A DNA stretch of 64,000 nucleotides. It comes from Kiritimatiellia bacterium. Its GTDB lineage: Bacteria; Verrucomicrobiota; Kiritimatiellia; RFP12; UBA1067. The notes beneath the pieces were generated by a model. That model saw nothing but the letters and a program-made list of their open reading frames with translations, was not told the DNA's origin and searched no databases. The stretch covers positions 14,738 to 78,737 of the forward strand of contig JAEEOY010000274.1 in assembly GCA_016284515.1 (NCBI GenBank), read 5' to 3'. Positions 34,317 through 44,798 of this stretch are shown piece after piece (the first letter of the stretch is position 1; each line of letters begins with the position of its first letter). A program made the translations under genes and the position numbers.

Positions 34317-36060
34317 TTGTGCCTCCGGCCTGCGCCTTTCTGTAGGACTTCGCCTTGGGATCGTAGTACGAAATCGAGATCCGCGGCGTATGCGCCGCGC
34401 CGTCCGCGACGAAGTAGCGCATCCACTCGACTACGGTGACGTCGCCTCCGCGCGAGGTGCCGCGCCCTATCTCGAAAGCGACGCCCTGGGGTTTCCATCC
34501 CTTCGGAAGGTACCCGCGCGTCTCGAGATGGTAGGTGATGCGGATGACGTCGTTCGACTCGACCTTCGCGCTGTCCACGCTCTCCGTGAACCTGAGCCCT
34601 TCCGAGATTATCCCGCTGAAGTCCGCGGGCTGTCCGGCGGAGGGGAGAGGCTTAATGTCGAGGTCTATCGGCGCCGACTCGACGCGGAAGCTGTTGGAGA
34701 ACATGAGCGACATTCCGCCGCCCACCTGACGGCCCGACACCATGCCGGACACCGTGAACGAAATCTTACCCTTGAACGGAACGTCATAGCGCACCGGAAT
34801 CGACAGGCGCTTCACGACGTTCGACGGATTCGTCGACTTGCCGTCCGAAAGGTTCTCCGCCCTTCCGACCTGGGTGAGCCCGTACATCTCGCTCGGCTGA
34901 ATCTGTATTTGCCCTATGGACGATGACTTGGGTGACTCGAGTGCGAGGATGAACGCGAACGGTTCGCCGACCTGGAGCTCCGCAGGCTCGGTCCTTAAGG
35001 ACGCCTTTATCTCGACAGGCTTCTGCCTCTCGCCGTTGACGGTCATGCTCATCGAGGACTGCATCTGCTGCATGTGCTGCTGCATCTCGCGGCGCGACTC
35101 CTCCATCATCCGCTCCATCTCCTCGAAGAGGCCCTGTCCGTTCGCCGCCGGGACGAGCAGCAGCGCGATGGCGACGCACGCGAGCGCGCGGATGGCGCGT
35201 CCGAGAAGCCAGAAGAGAAGCGTGACTCCGGCGAGGAAACCGACGATTATCCCGACGCGTCCCGCCCACGCGTATTTCAGGACGGGCCTTCCGACGACGC
35301 GCCAAACCGGAAGCTCCGCCTCGGCGTTGTCGAACTTGAGTGCGCGCGCGGCAAGTATGCCGCGCGCGATGTCGGGGGTCTGTCCTACGGACCACTCGAG
35401 CCTATTGTATATCCTCAGCGCATGCTGCCACTTCCCCTCGCGTATCGCGCACGTCGCCTCGTTCATGCGTCCCGCGGGAAAGGCGAACTGCGCGAACGCC
35501 TCAGGCGAAGGATCTGCGCATGCCTTGCGCCACGCGAACATTTCGTCGTCGCTGAGCGGAACTCCCGGGTCCTCGGCGATTTCGGGCGGCTCGGGCATCT
35601 TGTCGAAGTCCGCCGCAAGGTCCTTCACGACGACCTGCTCCGCCTTCTTCGCGTGGACGGGAATTTCGTTCGCCGTCACCGTGCGCGGCGAACCGTCCGC
35701 GTCCGTGTACTCGAACGAAAGCGCGGGGAACCACAGCACTCCCTCGCGCATCGGGCGGACGCGGTACGTGAGCGAACGCGCGATCGCGACTTCTCGCGAG
35801 GAGAAGAATCCGCCGACGCGCTTCGTGTCCGTCTCCGTCTTCGCGCTCAGGTCGTCCACCTTCCAGTCCGCGCGGTCTACGTGCCGCGAGAGCGCCGGCG
35901 GATGCAGCGCAGTAAAGTCCGCCTCGCCGATGAAGTCGATGGTCAGTACAAGCGGATCGCCCACCTTCGCGTTGTTGACGTCGAAGTAGGCGCGCGTCGT
36001 GAGCTCTCCGCCAGTGACGCCCGCAAGCTTTATCGCCGCGAGAAGAAGAAACGCCGTCAT
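34294..36060 (-). CDS. Large membrane protein (BatD-like?) with a signal peptide, central TM helices, a Gln/Met-rich coiled coil and a C-terminal beta-rich domain.
   Basis: 588 aa. Translationally coupled to tonB upstream and the DegT gene downstream. Confidence 0.35.
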   Translation of the reverse strand: MTAFLLLAAIKLAGVTGGELTTRAYFDVNNAKVGDPLVLTIDFIGEADFTALHPPALSRHVDRADWKVDDLSAKTETDTKRVGGFFSSREVAIARSLTYRVRPMREGVLWFPALSFEYTDADGSPRTVTANEIPVHAKKAEQVVVKDLAADFDKMPEPPEIAEDPGVPLSDDEMFAWRKACADPSPEAFAQFAFPAGRMNEATCAIREGKWQHALRIYNRLEWSVGQTPDIARGILAARALKFDNAEAELPVWRVVGRPVLKYAWAGRVGIIVGFLAGVTLLFWLLGRAIRALACVAIALLLVPAANGQGLFEEMERMMEESRREMQQHMQQMQSSMSMTVNGERQKPVEIKASLRTEPAELQVGEPFAFILALESPKSSSIGQIQIQPSEMYGLTQVGRAENLSDGKSTNPSNVVKRLSIPVRYDVPFKGKISFTVSGMVSGRQVGGGMSLMFSNSFRVESAPIDLDIKPLPSAGQPADFSGIISEGLRFTESVDSAKVESNDVIRITYHLETRGYLPKGWKPQGVAFEIGRGTSRGGDVTVVEWMRYFVADGAAHTPRISISYYDPKAKSYRKAQAGGTNVEYKDE

Positions 36061-37010
36061 CTTGCCTTCACCTTGTATCGTATCGCGAGGTCTTCCTTCG
36101 CGTACTTCTTGAGAAACTCGCGGTCAAGCCCTGCGATCGCAGGCACGGTCTTGACGACCGTCATTGCCGCAGCGTCGGAAGTCCTGTCTCCGCAGCTGTC
36201 CCTGAGGCGGCAGTTCACGAGCCTTCCCTGCGCGTTGACGCGCGCGAGGATCACAACCGTTCCCTCCGCGCCGATGCGCGGCATCACCTCGCGCCAGCGA
36301 GCATCTATCGCCTGCTGTATGCGGGATATGCAGTACTGCATCTGGCTGCTCGCGATCTGCGTCGTTGAACCGGGCTTGTATCCCTCGTCAAGCCGCTTGC
36401 GTATTTCAGCTTCTGTAAGCGTCCGCCTGTCCGTCTTTCCGTTGCCGCTTGGCGCGTCTGGGACCTTTATCTTCACGGGCTTGGCGTTCTTCACCATCTG
36501 GTCCATACGCTCCTTGAGGAGCTCCTCCTTCGTCTTCTTCGGAGGCTCGGGCTTCTTCTCCTCAACCTTCTTCGGCTCTTCTTTCTTTTTCTCTGGCGCC
36601 TTGACGGACTCCCTCATGCGCTTTATGCGCTCCTCGAGCGTCTCCTTCGGAGGCTCGGGCTTCTTCTCCTCAACCTTCTTCTTCTCGGGCTCCTTGACGA
36701 CGGCATCCACCTTCGTCTCGACTGGTGGAGGCGGAGGAGGAGGTGTCGGAGGCGTCGGCTCTGGCGGCTTAGGCGGAGTCGGCTCTGGCGGCGGCGGATC
36801 GTTCACGGGAGGCGGCTCGTTGTCGACTCCGTCGAGGTTCTCGTTCACGACGAGCGTGAGGTCAATCGGAATCACCGTCTCCTTCGGCTTGAAGTGGAAC
36901 TTCGCGAAAGTGAAGACCGCGGCGAAGAAGAGCGCGTGCAGCATGAGCGCGAACACGACGTTCGTCGTGCTCATCACCTCGGGCTTTTTCTCTTCCAGCC
37001 AGACTTCCAT
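36057..37010 (-). CDS. tonB: TonB-family energy transducer.
   Basis: N-terminal TM anchor, a long Pro/Glu/Lys-rich spacer (PPPPEPTPPKPPEPTPP...) and a C-terminal TonB-like domain. Confidence 0.65.
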   Translation of the reverse strand: MEVWLEEKKPEVMSTTNVVFALMLHALFFAAVFTFAKFHFKPKETVIPIDLTLVVNENLDGVDNEPPPVNDPPPPEPTPPKPPEPTPPTPPPPPPPVETKVDAVVKEPEKKKVEEKKPEPPKETLEERIKRMRESVKAPEKKKEEPKKVEEKKPEPPKKTKEELLKERMDQMVKNAKPVKIKVPDAPSGNGKTDRRTLTEAEIRKRLDEGYKPGSTTQIASSQMQYCISRIQQAIDARWREVMPRIGAEGTVVILARVNAQGRLVNCRLRDSCGDRTSDAAAMTVVKTVPAIAGLDREFLKKYAKEDLAIRYKVKAR

Positions 37011-37460
37011 TTACTTCTCCACGGTAACAAGAGCCATCCGGTGGATCTTGCACTTGTAGACTATCTTGACGACCTTCATGACGTCGCCGTAGGAGTTGCG
37101 TTCGTCTCCGCGAACGAGAACGGGGACTTCCGGATCCGACGCGGCCATTTCCATCAGCCGCTTCTCGAGCTCCTCGAGAGTGAGCGGCTGGTCGTTCAGG
37201 AAGATCACGTTGTCTTTGTCGACTGTGATCGTGTTCGCCTTTTTGTCCTTCGTCGGCAGGGCGTCTGTCTTCGCCTGCGGAAGCATTATGGAGATTCCCT
37301 GCTCGAGCTTGGGGAGCGTCACGATGAACGTTACGAGGAGGAGGAACGTGAGGTCGATGAGCGACGTCATGTCGACCGCCGCCTTCGGCTTCTCCCCCCG
37401 CTGCCTTCTGCGCCGTCTAAGCGACATCTCAGGCGCCCCTTCCCTGGAACTCGCACGCAA
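37011..37460 (-). CDS. exbD: Biopolymer transport protein ExbD/TolR.
   Basis: TSLIDLTFLLLVTFIV TM followed by a periplasmic domain. The true start may be the internal ATG at ~37427. Confidence 0.7.
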   Translation of the reverse strand: MRASSREGAPEMSLRRRRRQRGEKPKAAVDMTSLIDLTFLLLVTFIVTLPKLEQGISIMLPQAKTDALPTKDKKANTITVDKDNVIFLNDQPLTLEELEKRLMEMAASDPEVPVLVRGDERNSYGDVMKVVKIVYKCKIHRMALVTVEK

Positions 37461-38151
37461 TGCGTCCGATGAGCTCGTCAGCGAAGCCCTCCATCTCGGA
37501 CTTCAGCGACGTGATCGTGGCGTTCATGCGGTTGAACGCGACGACGCCCGGAATCGCGACGAGAAGTCCGACGACCGTCGTCACGAGCGCGGCGGAAATC
37601 GACGGAGCGATCGTCGCGAGGTTGGCGCTACCTTCGGTGCCCATTTCGGCGAACGCGTCGAGAACGCCCCAGACGGTGCCGAGGAGGCCAAGCATCGGCG
37701 AAAGCGCGACGACCGTCGCGACTACGCCCATTCCGTTCTCGATCCTTATCTCCTCCTCGTCGAGAACGTGTTCGCACGTTCCGCGCACGAGCTCGATCTC
37801 GCGCGCCGTGAGCGCGGCAGCTCCGTCTCCGTTCGTCTGGCGTCCTACGAGAAGCGAGCGGACGTCGGGCGTGAGGAGCTTGAGAAGCCTCTCGCAAGTC
37901 TCCTTGTAGATGCGCTCAAGCCCCGAAACGACGGCGGGGCGGCGCTCAAGGTAGTACTCGAGCGAGTCGTGGCTCGTCGTGAAGTCGCGCGCGAACCTGC
38001 GCGTCGCGCGGCGGAAGTACCCAAGCTCCCTCCACTTGCCGATCGCGACTGCGAACATGACGACGGACGAAAGAAGCTGCACGACGACGATCCCCTGTCC
38101 GACGAAGTTGGACCCAAGGAATCCGTCAACTAACGAATTTGCTAAAATCAT
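37429..38151 (-). CDS. exbB: MotA/TolQ/ExbB proton channel protein.
   Basis: Three-TM topology and the ...SPMLGLLGTVWGVLDAFAEMG... motif. Confidence 0.75.
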   Translation of the reverse strand: MILANSLVDGFLGSNFVGQGIVVVQLLSSVVMFAVAIGKWRELGYFRRATRRFARDFTTSHDSLEYYLERRPAVVSGLERIYKETCERLLKLLTPDVRSLLVGRQTNGDGAAALTAREIELVRGTCEHVLDEEEIRIENGMGVVATVVALSPMLGLLGTVWGVLDAFAEMGTEGSANLATIAPSISAALVTTVVGLLVAIPGVVAFNRMNATITSLKSEMEGFADELIGRIACEFQGRGA

Positions 38152-38236
38152 GGCGTTTTTGTTCTTTTTTGCGCTCTTTCAACGAAAAAAACACGACACC
38201 ATGCCGCATCTCCGTCTCCAGAAACGCCTATTGGAT

Positions 38237-38245
38237 ATTATATCA
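38237..38245 (-). promoter_or_regulatory. exbB-exbD-tonB operon promoter: extended -10 TGaTATAAT.
   Basis: The minus strand reads atgTGaTATAATatccaatagg, about 85 nt upstream of the exbB ATG. Confidence 0.35.
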
Positions 38246-38289
38246 CATTTTTTCGGCGCAAACGGCGTTGCAAAGTCCGAAAAATAACA

Positions 38290-41082
38290 TTATCTGGGCA
38301 AGACCGTCCTATAGCCTTTTGAATCGCCGCCAGTCACCTTGTAGTCGATGATCCTCCCCTGCATCCAGGTTATGTCGACGGTGTACCCGCCCTGGGCGCG
38401 CAGACCCTTCACGCATCCATCGGGCCACGCGTCGGGGAGCGCGGGCAGAAGGCGTATGAGCACCTTCCCGTCCTTCGTGCGCTCATGGCTCTGCATGAGC
38501 ATCTCCGCGATGCCTGCCGTGCAGCCGTAGTTGCCGTCGATCTGGAACGGGGGATGCGCGTCGAAGAGGTTCGGATACGTTCCGCCCGAGCCGGGCGTAC
38601 CGTAGTCCGTCCCCTTCTCGCCTACGAGCGTCAGCTGGTTGCGGAGGAGCGTGTAGGCGTGGTTGCCGTCGAGAAGACGCGCCCATAGGCACACGCGCCA
38701 GCCCATCGCCCAGCCCGTCGAACGGTCGCCGCGGTGTTCGACCGACGTCTTCGCCGCTTCGAAAAGCTCGGGAGTCACGGACTTCGTGATCTGGGACGAG
38801 GGGTAGAGTCCGTAGAGGTGCGAGGTGTGGCGGTGTGTGTCGCGCGGATTGTCCCAGTCGCGGCTCCACTCCTGAAGCTGGCCCCACTTGCCGACGTGGT
38901 ACGGCTCGATCTCCGCCGCGAACGCGCGCAGCTTCTTCGCGTATGCCTTGTCCTTGCCGAGTATCTCGGTCGCATCGGCGACGACGTTGATTATGTCGCG
39001 CGCGATCGAGTGGTCCATCGTGTTGCCCGGACCGTGGTCCGTGCCGAGGCCGGGGATTCCGTTCTCGGGGCTGCACGACGGCACGACTGTCATCTTGCCG
39101 CTGACAGGATCCTTCACCATGTACGAGAGGTAGAACTCCGCCGCGCCCTTGAGCGTCTCGTAGTGCTTGGCGAGAAACGCCTTGTCGAGCGTGTAGAGGT
39201 AGTGGTACCAGATGTGCATCGAAAGCCACGCGCCGCCCGACGGCCACGTGCCGCATCCGCGCGGACCAGCCGGCCAGGCGATGCGCCAGATGTCGGTGTT
39301 GTGGTGCGTCACCCAGCCCTTCGCGCCGTAGACGTCGCGCGCGGCCTCCGCGCCTGTGATGGCGAGCTCGTCGCACATCTTCCAAATAGGCTCCGCGAGA
39401 TCGCCGAGGCCCGTTGGCTCCACCGGCCAGTAGTTCATCTCCGTGTTGATGTTCACGGTGTAGTTGCCCGCCCACGGCGGCCAGCGGCTGTCGTTCCAGA
39501 TTCCCTGAAGGTTGAGCGGCTGCGTTCCCGGCTGCGAGCCGGAGATGAGAAGGTAGCGACCGAAGCGGAAATAGAGCGCCGCTAGATAGGGATCGCCGGT
39601 TTCGGCAAAGCCCTGCAGACGCTCGAACGTCGTCTTCCCCGGACTCGGATCGCGTCCGAGGTAGAGCGTGCAGCGGTCGGCCTGTCCCTTGTAGAACGCG
39701 ACATGGTCCGCCTTCGCCTTGGCGTATGGCTTCTTCATCGCGGAAGCGAGCTTGCCGAGCGCCTTCGCGCGCGCGTCGCCGGAAAGGTCGCGGAAATTCC
39801 TGAAGTTCGTGCCGACCGAGATATAGAGGATTACGTCGTCCGCGTTCTCGACAGTGAGCACGCCGCCCTCCGAGGACATGCGTCCGCCATTCGCTACGCC
39901 CTTCACTATGCCCTCGAACTTCAACACACCCTTGCCCTCGGTCTTATCGCGGTATACGATCGAGTCGCTCCCTTCGGAAACGACGGCTCGGTCCTTCCAC
40001 GGCGGCAGGATGCGGGCCTTGAAGGAGACCGCGCCCTTCTCGGACGCCGCGACTCGCCATACTATTACGTCGTCGGTGAAGCTCGCGAACGCCTCGCGGA
40101 TGTACTTCACCCCGCCGCGCGTGAGCTCCACGCGCGCAACCGCCGAGTCGAGCGAAAGAGTGCGCTCGTACTCCTCCGTCTCCGCCTCGTCGCCGAAGTC
40201 GATCTCGAGCTTGCCGAAGTACTCGTAAGCGCTCGAGCCGTGGTAGTTCTTTGGCAGGATTTCCTTCTCCGCCTGGTAGTCGCCGTCGAAAATCGCCTTC
40301 CTGACCTTGGCGAACGAGTCAGGTCCGATGCCATCCGTCACGTTCTGGCCGGGGCCGCCGGACCAGATCGTGTCCTCGTTAATGGGAATAAGCTCCTTCG
40401 AATCGCCGCCGTAGATCATGCCGCCGAGGCGTCCGTTGCCGATCGGATACGCCTCGGTCCACACCTTCGCCGGACGGTCCGCGAACAGCTCCATCCCCTT
40501 CCTCGCCGGCTTGAGGGCAGACGGCGGCAGCGGACGGTGCCGCTTGCCCTCGACGAAGATGCCGTACTCGTCTCCGCTTCCGGGGTACGTGACCGCAACG
40601 TGCACAGGCTTGTCGGCCGGGATGGTCACGTCGAAGAACTGCGTGTTGCCGCCCTGTATGACGACTCTCAGCCTGTTCTGGATGAGGTCGATGATCCACC
40701 CCTCGCCCTTGCCCGGCACCTCGTTGTCGAGGAGACGCGCCGTCTCGACGCCCTCGGTGCGAATCGTCGCGAGGAACGTGAACCCGCGCGGGAACGTCGC
40801 CTTTCGCACCTCCTCGCATTTGTCGCCCGCCTTCGGCACGCCGGACCAGAGCGGATTCACGGACGGCTTAACGCCCCTTGCCGCCGCCTCGATCGTCTTG
40901 GGCGTGAGCACGGTCGAATATATGGCGGCGTCAAGGAACTCGCCCTTCAGCCTGTCGCCTCCGCGAGAGTTGACGCCGAACGAAACCGGCAGTTCAGGAT
41001 TTACGGGCAGCCCGTCCGCGAATGTCGACAGCGCAGCCGCAGCAAAAATAACAACGATGCTTTTCATCATAGCGCAACCCAT
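38290..41082 (-). CDS. Secreted GH95-family glycoside hydrolase (alpha-L-fucosidase type) with an N-terminal lectin-like extension.
   Basis: Signal peptide, a ~190-aa N-terminal beta-sandwich, then GH95 hallmarks [16 protein letters not shown]...NEDTIWSG and ...[10 protein letters not shown]...[14 protein letters not shown]. Confidence 0.7.
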   Translation of the reverse strand: MGCAMMKSIVVIFAAAALSTFADGLPVNPELPVSFGVNSRGGDRLKGEFLDAAIYSTVLTPKTIEAAARGVKPSVNPLWSGVPKAGDKCEEVRKATFPRGFTFLATIRTEGVETARLLDNEVPGKGEGWIIDLIQNRLRVVIQGGNTQFFDVTIPADKPVHVAVTYPGSGDEYGIFVEGKRHRPLPPSALKPARKGMELFADRPAKVWTEAYPIGNGRLGGMIYGGDSKELIPINEDTIWSGGPGQNVTDGIGPDSFAKVRKAIFDGDYQAEKEILPKNYHGSSAYEYFGKLEIDFGDEAETEEYERTLSLDSAVARVELTRGGVKYIREAFASFTDDVIVWRVAASEKGAVSFKARILPPWKDRAVVSEGSDSIVYRDKTEGKGVLKFEGIVKGVANGGRMSSEGGVLTVENADDVILYISVGTNFRNFRDLSGDARAKALGKLASAMKKPYAKAKADHVAFYKGQADRCTLYLGRDPSPGKTTFERLQGFAETGDPYLAALYFRFGRYLLISGSQPGTQPLNLQGIWNDSRWPPWAGNYTVNINTEMNYWPVEPTGLGDLAEPIWKMCDELAITGAEAARDVYGAKGWVTHHNTDIWRIAWPAGPRGCGTWPSGGAWLSMHIWYHYLYTLDKAFLAKHYETLKGAAEFYLSYMVKDPVSGKMTVVPSCSPENGIPGLGTDHGPGNTMDHSIARDIINVVADATEILGKDKAYAKKLRAFAAEIEPYHVGKWGQLQEWSRDWDNPRDTHRHTSHLYGLYPSSQITKSVTPELFEAAKTSVEHRGDRSTGWAMGWRVCLWARLLDGNHAYTLLRNQLTLVGEKGTDYGTPGSGGTYPNLFDAHPPFQIDGNYGCTAGIAEMLMQSHERTKDGKVLIRLLPALPDAWPDGCVKGLRAQGGYTVDITWMQGRIIDYKVTGGDSKGYRTVLPR

Positions 41083-41097
41083 TGAAACGCGACGATT

Positions 41098-41337
41098 CTA
41101 TCCGATGCGAATGTCAGCGCGGCGACGGCCGCGAAGGAACATGTCGATGCACACCGACTCCTCGTTGGGATACATCACGCCGCCCGAACGGTTGTGGAAC
41201 CATCCCTGGTATCCCGCCATGACCCGTCCGTCGTACGTCGGGTACACCGGGCTCCCCGCATGGCGGGATCCGCCGAATGCCGAAGAGGCAAGCAACGCGG
41301 CAAAGAAAGCCGCAAAGAGAAAGTACGATTTCTTCAT
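41098..41337 (-). CDS. Small secreted protein of 79 aa; possible truncated remnant of a glycoside-hydrolase N-terminus.
   Basis: Signal peptide MKKSYFLFAAFFAALLASSAFG followed by YDGRVMAGYQGWFH, which resembles GH-like N-terminal motifs. The ORF stops after 79 aa, just before GH95. Confidence 0.3.
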   Translation of the reverse strand: MKKSYFLFAAFFAALLASSAFGGSRHAGSPVYPTYDGRVMAGYQGWFHNRSGGVMYPNEESVCIDMFLRGRRRADIRIG

Positions 41338-41442
41338 GTCTGGATTATATCAAATCCGGCAATCCCGGTGCGGGAAACCGACGCAAAATAAATCGTGAAA
41401 ACTGCGCAACGACATTGGCGGCTGTTGATTGTCTCGACATTG

Positions 41443-41528
41443 TTCCGTCGCGGAGCGACGGAACCCCCTAGACGACACGAGCGCGGCAGATGCGCCGCGC
41501 TCAGGGGGTCCGTCGCTCCGCGACGGAC
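41443..41528. repeat. Cluster of three GC-rich palindromic hairpins (REP-like or terminator cluster).
   Basis: GTTCCGTCGCggaGCGACGGAAC, GAGCGCGGCagatgcGCCGCGCTC and GGTCCGTCGCtccGCGACGGACC. The first and third are variants of the same palindrome. Confidence 0.4.
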
Positions 41529-41588
41529 CGAAAGAATCACCGGAGTTCGCGAAGATCACTCCACCATATTGAGAGTTTAGCTGAATCT

Positions 41589-42656
41589 TCACCCGACGAT
41601 CCTGCGCACATACGGCACCTTCGAGAGCGCCCATGTTACCACGAACGACGTGGCGTACGTTGCAAGCGCAGTCGCAAGGATTGCAGCAGGGGCGGGAAGC
41701 CTCGGCGACATCACCCCGAACCAGGCCGGCAGGAACATCATGTGCATGAGATACATGCCGTAGCTCTGGCGTGAAACCTCCGCCACGGCATTTCGGAGCG
41801 CGGCGGGAACGCCGTGTATGAGCGTCATCAGGGCAAACGCGGCAAAGCTCATCAGAACCGGAGCGAACGCCGTCGGCTGCCAGTCTATCTCGAGCGCGCT
41901 CACGGCCTCGACGCGGAAGCTGCGCGTGTAGAAGCTGTACATGCACCACGCCCAGCACGCGATGAAGATAGGCACGCACCGGACGACGATCTGGCGCGGC
42001 GTCCACGCAAGCCGGAAGCGGATCCAGTGGGCCAGCAGTATGTATCCGATCGGTCCGCTGACATAGTGGAATGTCGGCCAGGGATTCCACCAACACTCGC
42101 CGAAGACCGGACCGAACGCCTCGTGGAAGCGCCAGAACAGCGACGTGAAGAGCCATATACCGAGAAGGACTAGTTCCTCGCGCGCCGAGCAGCGCTCAAG
42201 CCACGGCGAGACGACGGGCATGACGAAGTATACGCCGAGCAGCATGTACACGAACCACAGGTGGCTTTCGCGCGGCACGAAATTGATGAAGACTTGCCGC
42301 AGGTTCGCCCACGACTCGCCCCACCCCCATTCGCCCCACGCCGCAGGGAGAACCGCGTAAAGCACGAGCCATGCGACGAAAGGAACGGCCACGCGCGAGA
42401 GCCTTCGCCTGTAGAACGACAACATGTCCGTCTTCACCGGCACAAGCAGGAACGCCGACGCCATCAGGAACAGCGGCACCGCGACGCGGGCGAAGCCGCT
42501 TATGAACACGATGCTCCAGCGCGCCGTCTCGGACGGGAACGAATATGTGTAGTCGTTGCTGTAGATGCACTCGCACGAGTGGATGAGCATCACTAGAAAG
42601 CACGCAACGGCGCGCAGCCAGTCGAGAAATTCGATTCTCCCCGTCTTGTCTTGCAT
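41589..42656 (-). CDS. Membrane acyltransferase of family 3 (OafA-like O-acyltransferase).
   Basis: 10-TM protein beginning ...FLDWLRAVACFLVMLIHSCE, the conserved N-terminal R/H motif region of acyltransferase_3. Confidence 0.7.
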   Translation of the reverse strand: MQDKTGRIEFLDWLRAVACFLVMLIHSCECIYSNDYTYSFPSETARWSIVFISGFARVAVPLFLMASAFLLVPVKTDMLSFYRRRLSRVAVPFVAWLVLYAVLPAAWGEWGWGESWANLRQVFINFVPRESHLWFVYMLLGVYFVMPVVSPWLERCSAREELVLLGIWLFTSLFWRFHEAFGPVFGECWWNPWPTFHYVSGPIGYILLAHWIRFRLAWTPRQIVVRCVPIFIACWAWCMYSFYTRSFRVEAVSALEIDWQPTAFAPVLMSFAAFALMTLIHGVPAALRNAVAEVSRQSYGMYLMHMMFLPAWFGVMSPRLPAPAAILATALATYATSFVVTWALSKVPYVRRIVG

Positions 42657-42712
42657 ATCGAATTTACCTTTCCCTGCTTATAACTGGCGCGCGCCGCAGT
42701 GGCGACACCTTG

Positions 42713-44758
42713 TCAGAAGGCGAGCTTCGCGGACTGTACGCCGTCGGTGTAGCCGGGCTGACCGCCGCCGACGAAGAACTCGTACTCGCCCTTCGCGAGC
42801 GACTGCTTTCCGTCCATGCCGAACTGCATGATCTGCTCCTTCTTGAGCTTGAACGACACTGTCTTCGACTCGCCAGGCTTGAGCGTCACGCGCTTGAAGC
42901 CCTCGAGGTGGTGGACGCGGCGATCGCCGGAGCCCTTCGGGGAACGGACGTAGAGCTGAGCGACTTCATCACCCGCGACCTTGCCGGTGTTCTTCACCTT
43001 GACGGAAACCACAACGCCGTCCTTCGCCTTCGCGACCTTGAGTCCGTCATAGCCGAACGTCGTGTAGCTGAGTCCGAAGCCGAACGGGAAGAACGGCTTC
43101 TTGTCCGCATAGAGATAGGTGCGTCCGGGGAGCTTGTAGTCCTTGATGTCCGCCTTCTCTCCGTTCTTCTCCATGTAGGTAAGCGGGAGACGTCCGCCCG
43201 GGTTGTTGAGGCCGAAGATCGTGCGCGCGATCGCAAGGCCGCCCTGCTCGCCAGGATACCACGCCATGATCACAGCGTCGGAAAGCTCCGCTACCTCTGC
43301 GAGGTCGAGGACGCTTCCGCCGTAGACGATTGAGATGATCTTCTGGTTCGGACGCTCCTGGCGGTTCTTGCGCAGGTCCTCGAGGTTGCGGCTGTAGATC
43401 TCGGTGTTCTTGCGGTCGTGGTCTTCACCCTCGTCGCCAGGCTCAATGCCGACGAACGCGAACGCGACGTCGGAGTTCCTCTCCTGCTTCGCGCTCTTGC
43501 CGATGACCATGTTTATGCCGAGACGTCCGGTGATGTAGGCCGTAGGCGTGCCCTCGTAGTTGCCGTGCAGCTCACGGATGTTGTTGTCGCGTCCAAAGAT
43601 GTGGTACTTGGAGATTTTGGCCGGATCGAGCGGCAGGACGCCATTGTTCTTGACGAGCACCATCGACTTCTCGGCGACCTTGAGCGAGAGGGCGATGTGC
43701 TCGGGAGTCGCGATGTCCTTCTCGCCGAGATTGTCCCACGGCGTCTTCTCGTCGCCGATGTTGCCGAGGAGATAGCGCGACGTGAAGAGGTTCACGAGCG
43801 GACGGTAGAGCTGCTCCTTCTTGACGCGCCCCTCAGCGACTTCCTTGCGAAGGCACTGGTAGGTTCCCTCGCTGCAGAGGTCAAGCCCCGCTTCGATCGC
43901 CGCGAGGCTGCCCTCTACGGAGTTCGGCTTGTACTTGTGGTGGCTGGAGATGTCGCCGACTGCGCCGACGTCGCTCACGACATGTCCGTCGAAGCCCCAT
44001 TCCGTGCGCAGGATGTCCGTGAGGAGGCGCTTGTTCGCGCAGCACGGGATTCCGTTCACCGCCGAATACGCTCCCATCACGCTCTCGACCTTGCCGTCGA
44101 CGACAAGCGCCCTGAACGCGGGCAGGTAGTATTCGTAGAGATCGCGGTCGTCAACGTCGACGTTGAACTCGTGGCGGAGCTTTTCCGGACCAGAATGCAC
44201 CGCATAGTGCTTCGCGCAGGCCGCGGTCTTAAGGTACTTTGGATCGTCGCCCTGGAGTCCCTTCACGAACGCCGTGCCCATCACGCCGGAAAGATACGGA
44301 TCTTCGCCGAACGTCTCCTGTCCGCGGCCCCAAAGCGGATCGCGGAACATGTTGACGTTCGGGCTCCAGAGCGTAAGGCCCTCGTAAATCTCCCTCGCGC
44401 CCTTCGCGCGGAAGAGGTTGTACTTCGCTCGCGCCTCCGTCGAGATGACGTCCGCCATCTTCTGCTCAAGTTCCGGATCGAATGTCGCAGCCGCGCCGAT
44501 CGCCTGAGGGAACATCGTCGCGAGACCCGCGCGTGCGACGCCGTGAAGCGCCTCGTTCCACCAGTGGTAGGCAGGGATGCCGAGCCTGTCTACGGGCTTC
44601 GACTCCATCATCAACTCGGAGACACACTCGTCGCCCGTAAGCTGTTTGACTAGCGCCTCGGCCTTTGCGCGCGCCTCGGCGCGGCTTTCTGCCGTAGGAA
44701 CTGCCTGCGTGACTGTCGCGCCGAGCACCGCGGCCGCGATGATGACCTGTTTCTTCAT
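42713..44758 (-). CDS. GH3 glycoside hydrolase (beta-glucosidase/beta-xylosidase type), paralog 1.
   Basis: Signal peptide plus GH3 motifs HWWNEALHGVARAGLATMFPQAIG, KHYAVHSGPE and SDVGAV. It aligns closely with the ORFs at 52020 and 57347. Confidence 0.8.
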   Translation of the reverse strand: MKKQVIIAAAVLGATVTQAVPTAESRAEARAKAEALVKQLTGDECVSELMMESKPVDRLGIPAYHWWNEALHGVARAGLATMFPQAIGAAATFDPELEQKMADVISTEARAKYNLFRAKGAREIYEGLTLWSPNVNMFRDPLWGRGQETFGEDPYLSGVMGTAFVKGLQGDDPKYLKTAACAKHYAVHSGPEKLRHEFNVDVDDRDLYEYYLPAFRALVVDGKVESVMGAYSAVNGIPCCANKRLLTDILRTEWGFDGHVVSDVGAVGDISSHHKYKPNSVEGSLAAIEAGLDLCSEGTYQCLRKEVAEGRVKKEQLYRPLVNLFTSRYLLGNIGDEKTPWDNLGEKDIATPEHIALSLKVAEKSMVLVKNNGVLPLDPAKISKYHIFGRDNNIRELHGNYEGTPTAYITGRLGINMVIGKSAKQERNSDVAFAFVGIEPGDEGEDHDRKNTEIYSRNLEDLRKNRQERPNQKIISIVYGGSVLDLAEVAELSDAVIMAWYPGEQGGLAIARTIFGLNNPGGRLPLTYMEKNGEKADIKDYKLPGRTYLYADKKPFFPFGFGLSYTTFGYDGLKVAKAKDGVVVSVKVKNTGKVAGDEVAQLYVRSPKGSGDRRVHHLEGFKRVTLKPGESKTVSFKLKKEQIMQFGMDGKQSLAKGEYEFFVGGGQPGYTDGVQSAKLAF

Positions 44759-44798
44759 GTTTTCCTCTCGTGTTTGTATTACTCAACCTGGAGGTAAC

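Noticed and set aside
35074-37059. 661-aa plus-strand ORF
   Set aside because: Antisense to the tonB/BatD-like genes. Composition-driven.
39703-41085. 460-aa plus-strand ORF, plus the 283-aa ORF at 38734..39585
   Set aside because: Antisense to the GH95 gene, whose family motifs are unambiguous.
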